This document shows positions 57,785-64,000 of a stretch of DNA of 64,000 nt, in pieces (position 1 is the first letter of the stretch; each line of letters starts with the position of its first letter). The translations under genes and the position numbers were made by a program. This DNA is from an uncultured Planctomycetaceae bacterium (lineage in GTDB: Bacteria; Planctomycetota; Planctomycetia; Pirellulales; PALSA-1355), in NCBI GenBank assembly GCA_963785305.1, contig CAWAUV010000007.1, forward strand, positions 1,184,001 to 1,248,000, read 5' to 3'. Below the pieces are notes generated by a model. That model made no database searches, was not told where the DNA came from, and worked only from the letters and a program-made list of their open reading frames with translations.

Positions 57785-59233
57785 TTACTTTAGCGTCAGC
57801 ATCGCCTGGCGCCACTTCGGCTCGAACTCCGCGAGCGGCATGCCGACCAGTCGCTCGAATCGCTTGGCCGGGGGGAGATCGACGCCGGGTTGAATATATT
57901 CCTCGAATGCCGGGGTCGCGAGCAGCGAACGCTCGAATGTGAGATAGTACGCCAGCCCCCACGAATAGCAGTACAGCCGCGAGGCCGTCGACGCATTGCC
58001 GCGATGGGTCTTGAGAAACGTGCTCGCGTCAGCCGCCAGCAATTCATCCAGCCGCAGCGGCGCCGGGCCACGCAAATCCTTTTGCAGCGCGGCCAGCGCC
58101 GGGCGATTCGGCCAGTCGACTCGCAACGTGTCGAGCTCGAGCAGTCCGCTTTCGAACACTTGCGCGAGCCCCTCGTTCAGCCAGCGGGGCACATCGAACT
58201 CCTGGCGCGGGTAGACATAGTTTTCCAGATAGGCGTGAAACGCCTCGTGAAACAAGCGGGTGAACATCGCCCCCGACACCTCGCGAAACCGAGCCGCGTT
58301 CTTGCGATCCACCACTTGAATTCGATGCTGGATCGCGCGGCGCTCGTCGTCCGACTTCTTCTGCTCGGCCAGCACGATCTTTTGCCGCTCCTCGGCCGGG
58401 AAATTCGCCTTATCGAGCGCGGCCGCGAGAATCCGGAGCTGACGCGGCAAATCCTTGGCCCGGAGATCGTATTCGTCGAGCACGGCTTGATGCTGCTTGC
58501 GAACCTTGGCAAGTTCGTCGACAAAGCGATTCATTTCGCTGCCGGCGACCAACAAATTGAAATCAGCGGCGAAAAAGGCGGGGTTCTCGATATCGAGCCC
58601 GTAGCCACGCAAGAATTCGCGATAGGCTTCGGTCGACCCGAAGAGTTGAATTCGCAGCCGGCGCTGCGGCATTTGTCGCGGCGGAACTATCTGCCGAAAC
58701 GCCATGAAGATCTGTTCGATCGCGACCACGCTTCGCCGGGTCGTTTGTTCGTCGGCCGTGCTATCGAGCAGAAACCAATCGCCTTCGTATTGCCAAGTCA
58801 CGGCGCTATCGCGCCGCACGGCCCGCAGGGCAATATCCTGATAGCGCCGGGCTTCGATTCGCGCGCGATTCTTGAAATGGTCGATGAGTTCGCGGAGCTC
58901 GGCCCGCTGCTCGGCGGGCAAACGCCGCCAATCGACGATCGAGCGGCGATCGATGAAATGAACGACCAGAAACATCGGACTGCCCTTGGGCCGATGCACT
59001 TCGATCAGTTCGATGCTCGCCGCCGCCTCGCGATCGACGAGCCCCTCGTAGCTCTTGCCATCGAGCAGCCGCACGCGCTCGAGCGGCCAATTGGCGACCG
59101 TGGCGGAAGCGGCTTCTTGAGCGGCGGCCGGGCGAGACTTCACGTTGGCGGCGGCAACGACCATCGCGCCGCAGAGGGCGATCGCGGCGCGGAGGACCCG
59201 CGGTAAACTCGCTCGCGAAGAGAGGCGCCCCAT
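57785..59233 (-). CDS. DUF1570-like secreted protein with HEXXH motif
   Basis: LFHEAFH, PRWLNEGLA, YCYSWGLAYYL. Confidence 0.8.
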   Translation of the reverse strand: MGRLSSRASLPRVLRAAIALCGAMVVAAANVKSRPAAAQEAASATVANWPLERVRLLDGKSYEGLVDREAAASIELIEVHRPKGSPMFLVVHFIDRRSIVDWRRLPAEQRAELRELIDHFKNRARIEARRYQDIALRAVRRDSAVTWQYEGDWFLLDSTADEQTTRRSVVAIEQIFMAFRQIVPPRQMPQRRLRIQLFGSTEAYREFLRGYGLDIENPAFFAADFNLLVAGSEMNRFVDELAKVRKQHQAVLDEYDLRAKDLPRQLRILAAALDKANFPAEERQKIVLAEQKKSDDERRAIQHRIQVVDRKNAARFREVSGAMFTRLFHEAFHAYLENYVYPRQEFDVPRWLNEGLAQVFESGLLELDTLRVDWPNRPALAALQKDLRGPAPLRLDELLAADASTFLKTHRGNASTASRLYCYSWGLAYYLTFERSLLATPAFEEYIQPGVDLPPAKRFERLVGMPLAEFEPKWRQAMLTLK

Positions 59234-59504
59234 GATCGAGTCCCAGACGGCGGAATCTTCCGGCGGCGCGAACCGCGGCGACCGCTGCCGCGCTGAAGCT
59301 TCGCCGCGCTGGCCCCCTACTCGTTACCATCTTCGAGCCGAAGCCGGCTGTCAAGCAGCCGACTGTCGCGTCGCCAGCGGGCAATCCGGAACCCTCTCCC
59401 CTTGGGAAACGGGAGGGCGAGGGCCGAACAATGCGGCCCCTCTCCCCTTGGGAGAGGTTAGGGCGGGGGCGGCGGGGGCTCGCCGAAGTTCTCGGATCGG
59501 CCGC

Positions 59505-59940
59505 TCAGCTCTCTTGTTCACCAAGCCGGTGACCGTAGAGCACGCCCTTGATGCGGGCCACGAAGCGGCAGCCCATGAGGCTCATCGTTTGGCCGTCGAC
59601 ATCGATCGATTCCTCATGCACGATCTGCGCCGAAACGAAGATATAGGGCGCGCTGCCCAGGGCCACGATCAGAAAATCGCATTCGGGCGGCGCCGGCTCG
59701 AGAAAATGAAAATCCGCTGGGCGAAAGATCGTGGCAGAGCACCCGGCGAAAATCCGTCTGCTTCGGAAGCACTCCGCCCACATAGGGCGCGATGAACTGC
59801 TGGCACAGGAATTCGTGGCGACGGTGCTCGCGCGCTTGTCCCGCGTCGTGCGCCGGCCGCCGGCTTTCGAGCACATGATGCACGAGCGCGAAAAAGTTGG
59901 CGTCGGACGTTTCCTGGAATTGAACCATGGTGTATTGCAT
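59505..59940 (-). CDS. PilZ-like domain protein; frameshift near 59700
   Basis: REHRR and DLSPSG (RxxxR and DxSxxG), C-terminal MGCRF. Confidence 0.6.
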
Positions 59941-60151
59941 CCCCAAATGTGCCGGGAAGACGGGCGCATGAGACGGCCCAGGTAAGGCATAGGTTAGGAA
60001 CGGCGGCCGGTCAAAAAACGTGCCCGCGCCGGCGTCGCGTCCGACGGCGATCGCGGCGGCTCGGTCGAAAAAGCGTCGAACGCCCCCGGTCGAGGTCCGT
60101 ATATCCCGGTTTTACGGCCTGGGCCGGTATTGGGCTTCCTCGATCACGCGA

Positions 60152-61613
60152 TCAGCGGTTGAACTGGAAGCCGAAGTTGAGGCCATTGACGATCAGGTTT
60201 TCACGGCGGTCGGTGTTGACGATTCCCATGCCCGGCAGATTGTAGTAGACCGTGTCGCTGGCGCGGTTGATGCCGTTGACGAAGATGGCGGTATAACCAA
60301 TCTGGAGCGCGAAGGCCTTCGTGATTTGATAACTGGCGCCGAATCGGAGGTCGACCAGTGGAGCGAACTTCGTGGCGAAGGCGGCATGGTTCGAGCCGTA
60401 CGAGTTGAGCGACGCCGGGGCATTGCGAATTTCCTCCGCCGACAAGCCGGTCGGGAAATATTGCAGACCGGTGGCCGGATTGATCAGGATCGGCACCGTG
60501 CTGGCCGTGCTTTGGGCGTTCAACAGGGCCTGTTCGGTCGAGTAGTTGCTGGCGATCACCGAGTTCTGGGAAAAATTCTCGAAGTTGGCGGCGGCCATGA
60601 ACCGGCCTTCGGCGTTGACCTTCCAACGACCTCGCTGATGCGCCCAGCGGATGCCCACCTGCGGGCCGACCAAGTTGTTCATCACTCGATTATGAATCAT
60701 GGTCGCGTCGAGCACGCCGCCTTCGCCGTTGAGCTGGAAGGTGTCGTCCATCTGGAACCAACGGGCGCCGTAGAGCATTTCGAGCGTCGAATTGTTTCGC
60801 AATTGCGGGGTACGGTAGAGCCGCATGATTTCCGTGCCGTTGAGCACGGTGCGATTGTAAACGGCCAACTTGGTAAAGCGGGGAATGAACGTGATGGCGT
60901 CGCCGTAGTCGGTCGCGTGCGGCAGGAGCGGCACTCCCAGGAAGCCGGCGGGGTTGCGCCGTGGCCGTGGGATCGTAGCCATCGCGACCATAAACGTTGT
61001 TGCCATTGAGGTTGGCGTCGTAGCCGTTCGAGCCCAGCAAGAAGCCGTCGAGGCTCTTGTTCGGGTCGTTGAAGAGCACCACCGGGTTCTGATAGGCGAA
61101 GTTCTGGGTTTGGGCGACGTGATCGATCACCCCCACCAACCAGCCGGTGCGGTTGGTGTCCATGTAGCCGGTTTCCCACACGTTGCCCCACGAGCCCTTG
61201 GCCGTGAACGGTCCGGTGTCGAGCGTATTGTACTCCACCGCCGAGTAGCCGACGTTTTCTTGAAAGGTCAATCCGTTCTGGCCCGGATCACCGATCTGGG
61301 CCCGTTCGGGCTTGGAGATCGACCAATAGGCGCGGGAATAAGAGAAGAAGAAGCCGGTGGCCGGTTTCGGGCCGGTGCCGAAATCGCTGATGTTGGCCGG
61401 CGCGAACAATTGCCACTTCTGATAGAACCCCGTCGGGTTGAATGGCAGAAACGACGGGCTGCTCTGCGGATACGCGTTTGAATATTGAGCGTTGCCGTAG
61501 GCGTAATTGTCATCGTAGTTCTGCGGCGTCTGTTGGGCGTCGGCCTGCCGCGACAGCACGGCCAGAGCGACTCCCAAAGCAATCAGCGATGACATTATGC
61601 GGTTGATCGACAT
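60152..61613 (-). CDS. outer-membrane beta-barrel protein (BBP7-like); frameshift near 60965
   Basis: Signal peptide, NNLVGPQVG, IGYTAIF, terminal GLNFGFQFNR. Confidence 0.8.
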
Positions 61614-62276
61614 GTTCGCACTACCCTAGCTGGCTCTGCAAACTCTGCGCATCTCTCCACCGCGGAGAGCGCGAGCAATCGTTGTGGACGGATTTATCGG
61701 CAGTGCTGGTCGTGACAATTAAGCAAGAACGGTAAACTCTGACGAAAATGCCGGTTATTTCGACGAGTCGCGAAAGACCGGGTAACTTGGAACGAATAGG
61801 GGCACGCTAAGTCGCCCCCAATTAACACGGCAATCGCGATTCGCCGTGCCGAAGTCGCTAATGCGGGTTCCCCCACGAACGCGGTTCACTCGAATCATGA
61901 ACTGCCCGAAATCGTCGATCTCGTTGCTAGCATTTAGAAAGCGCGCTGAGCCGAAACGGCGAGCACGCCGCCAAAATGATCGCCATCCGTCAGGGTTGCT
62001 CGCCGCAGTCACGGCTCGATTTGCTCCGCCTTTTCGGTGCGCGAACACAGCTTCCCGCGAACGATTGCTTTACAGGCGAGCCGGGGTTTTTCATACTAGC
62101 GGCCTATCGAGGGAAGCAACCGCCGGTGTCGACGCACGAATCAGAGCATGATGTTTCTCAACCGACTGTCGCGCCTAGGCGATCCCTTTTCGCGCCGCGT
62201 GCGCCCAGCGTCGTCCGCCGGAGCGCGATCGGTCGCGCCTGTAGTTTCCCCACACTCGCCAAAGGTCGCTCGTTCC

Positions 62277-63101
62277 ATGACCCGACTGAGCATCAACCAA
62301 ATGACGACCTACCGCTGGTCGTTCGAAGAAGATGTCTGCCAGTATCGCGCCGCGGGTATCGGCGCGGTCGGAGTCTGGCGACAGAAATTGGCGGATTTCG
62401 GTGAAGATCGCGGGGGCGAATTATTGGCCGAGAGCGGGCTCGCGGTGTCGAATCTCCTCTGGGCCGGCGGCTTCACCGGCAGCGATGGCCGCTCCTTTCG
62501 CGAAAGCGTGAGCGATGCCCTCGAGTGCGTGCGGCTCGCGGCGGCGATTCGCGCCCAGACACTGGTGGTGTATACCGGCGGCCGCAACGGCCACACCCAA
62601 AACCATGCCCGGCGGCTCTTCCTGGCGGCGATCCAAGAAATGCTGCCGCTGGCCCGCGAGCTCGATGTGGTGCTAGCGGTCGAGCCGATGCACGGTTACT
62701 GCGCCGGCGATTGGACCTTTCTCACCTCGCTCGCCGAGGCCGACGCGCTGCTGGCATCGGTCGACGATCGCTATCTGAAACTCGCGCTCGACAGCTACCA
62801 CTTTGGCCACGATCCGGGTCTGTTGGGTTTCATTCAGGACGCGGCCCCCCGGATCGGCATCGTTCACTTGGGCGATAGCAGCACGCCCCCCGACCGCGAG
62901 CACAATCGCCAACCGCTGGGCGCCGGCGCGATTCCGCTTCGCCAAATCATCGACGCGCTCGAAAACGCGGGCTATCGTGGCTACTATGACGTGGAGCTCA
63001 TGGGCGAGGAGATCGAGGCAGCCGATTACCGCGATCTGCTCGCCAGCTCGAAACAAACATTCGAGGAATTCCTCCCCGCGCCGACTGGCGCCCAGAATTG
63101 A
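62277..63101 (+). CDS. sugar phosphate isomerase/epimerase (xylose isomerase-like TIM barrel)
   Basis: LAVEPMH, LDSYH, VHLGD, YDVE. Confidence 0.88.
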   Translation: MTRLSINQMTTYRWSFEEDVCQYRAAGIGAVGVWRQKLADFGEDRGGELLAESGLAVSNLLWAGGFTGSDGRSFRESVSDALECVRLAAAIRAQTLVVYTGGRNGHTQNHARRLFLAAIQEMLPLARELDVVLAVEPMHGYCAGDWTFLTSLAEADALLASVDDRYLKLALDSYHFGHDPGLLGFIQDAAPRIGIVHLGDSSTPPDREHNRQPLGAGAIPLRQIIDALENAGYRGYYDVELMGEEIEAADYRDLLASSKQTFEEFLPAPTGAQN

Positions 63102-63150
63102 CCCGCCCCCCCTGCCCTCTCGCGGCCTTTTTCCATATGGGAGTCGCACA

Positions 63151-64000
63151 ATGCGCTGTCACGGCCCGCTGATGTTTTCCGCGTTGTTGCTCACCGCGAA
63201 TCTTGCCGCGCTGAGCGTCTCATGCCCGGCCCGAGCGGCCGAGCCGCCGGCCCCGATTCTGCTTTGGCCTGGGCAAGCTCCCGGCGAGAAAGGCGATATC
63301 GGTCCTGAACACGAACAGCAGAAAGCCGGCGACACGATCGTGCGCGTGGCCAATGTGTCGGTTCCCAGCATCACGGTCTATCCGCCCGCGGAAGCGAAAA
63401 ACACCGGCGCCGCCGTGGTGATCTTTCCGGGCGGCGGCTATTCGATTCTCGCGATCAAGCACGAGGGCACGGAGGTCGCCGAGTGGCTCAACACGCTCGG
63501 CGTGACCGGCATCGTGGTCAAGTATCGAGTCCCCGCGCGCAAGGGCCTCCCTCCCTATACGGCGGCCTTGCAAGACGCCCAGCGGGCCGTGTCGCTCGTG
63601 CGCCAGCGCGCGAGCGAATGGAATATCAAGCCCGACCGGATCGGAGTGCTCGGCTTTTCGGCGGGTGGTCACTTGGCCGCGGCGGTGAGCAATAACTATG
63701 AGAAACGAACCTATGAGCCGATCGACGAAACCGATCGCGTGGCTTGCCGGCCCGACTTCGCCGCGCTGATCTACCCGGCTTACCTGGTTCAAAACAAAGT
63801 CGGTCCGGCGCTCTCGCCAGAATTGCCAATCACCTCGAACACGCCGCCGACATTTCTGACGATGACCGAAGACGACGGCATTGGCGTCGAAGGACCGCTG
63901 TTTTATTACCTGGCGCTCAAAAACGCCAAGGTTCCGGCCGAGATGCATCTCCATGCCAAGGGCGGCCACGGCTACGGCCTGCGACCCTCGAACAACTTGG
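63151..64000 (+). CDS. secreted alpha/beta hydrolase (3' end runs off the window)
   Basis: Manual translation: signal peptide, PGGGY, GFSAGG, GGHGYG. Confidence 0.88.
   Translation, partial: MRCHGPLMFSALLLTANLAALSVSCPARAAEPPAPILLWPGQAPGEKGDIGPEHEQQKAGDTIVRVANVSVPSITVYPPAEAKNTGAAVVIFPGGGYSILAIKHEGTEVAEWLNTLGVTGIVVKYRVPARKGLPPYTAALQDAQRAVSLVRQRASEWNIKPDRIGVLGFSAGGHLAAAVSNNYEKRTYEPIDETDRVACRPDFAALIYPAYLVQNKVGPALSPELPITSNTPPTFLTMTEDDGIGVEGPLFYYLALKNAKVPAEMHLHAKGGHGYGLRPSNNL

Overview
GC-rich bacterial chromosomal segment, most likely Planctomycetota (inferred from DUF1559, BBP2/BBP7-type beta-barrels, PEGA, DUF1570 and PQQ-propeller genes). It is mostly housekeeping: nadC, rpsU, asd, truA, accA, dtd, pdxA, ftsY, nusB, ribH, rho, coaE, polA, hisH, two P-II genes and glnD. 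About 19 genes, including polA and glnD, carry small frameshifts, best read as consensus indel errors. Accessory parts are a solitary ABC-ATPase/TOPRIM gene (768-2521), a triple DUF4328 array followed by a dif-like site, and a ~11.8 kb island-like block (42.1-54.0 kb). That block holds xfp-fba-tpiA-pgi, a P3A-type H+-ATPase with a DUF2934-like tail, a DksA/TraR gene, a ParE-like relic and an IS3 inserted in a gene preceded by two MKDAY mini-ORFs. The strongest non-coding signals are a sigma54/NtrC-like promoter driving a ~400 nt structured, terminated RNA upstream of a P-II gene, a ~150 nt terminated structured RNA ahead of xfp, a 153 bp CTAG-bounded MITE and a ~30 bp palindrome family. No tRNA, rRNA or CRISPR array was seen. 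Family calls come from motif recognition only; no searches were run.
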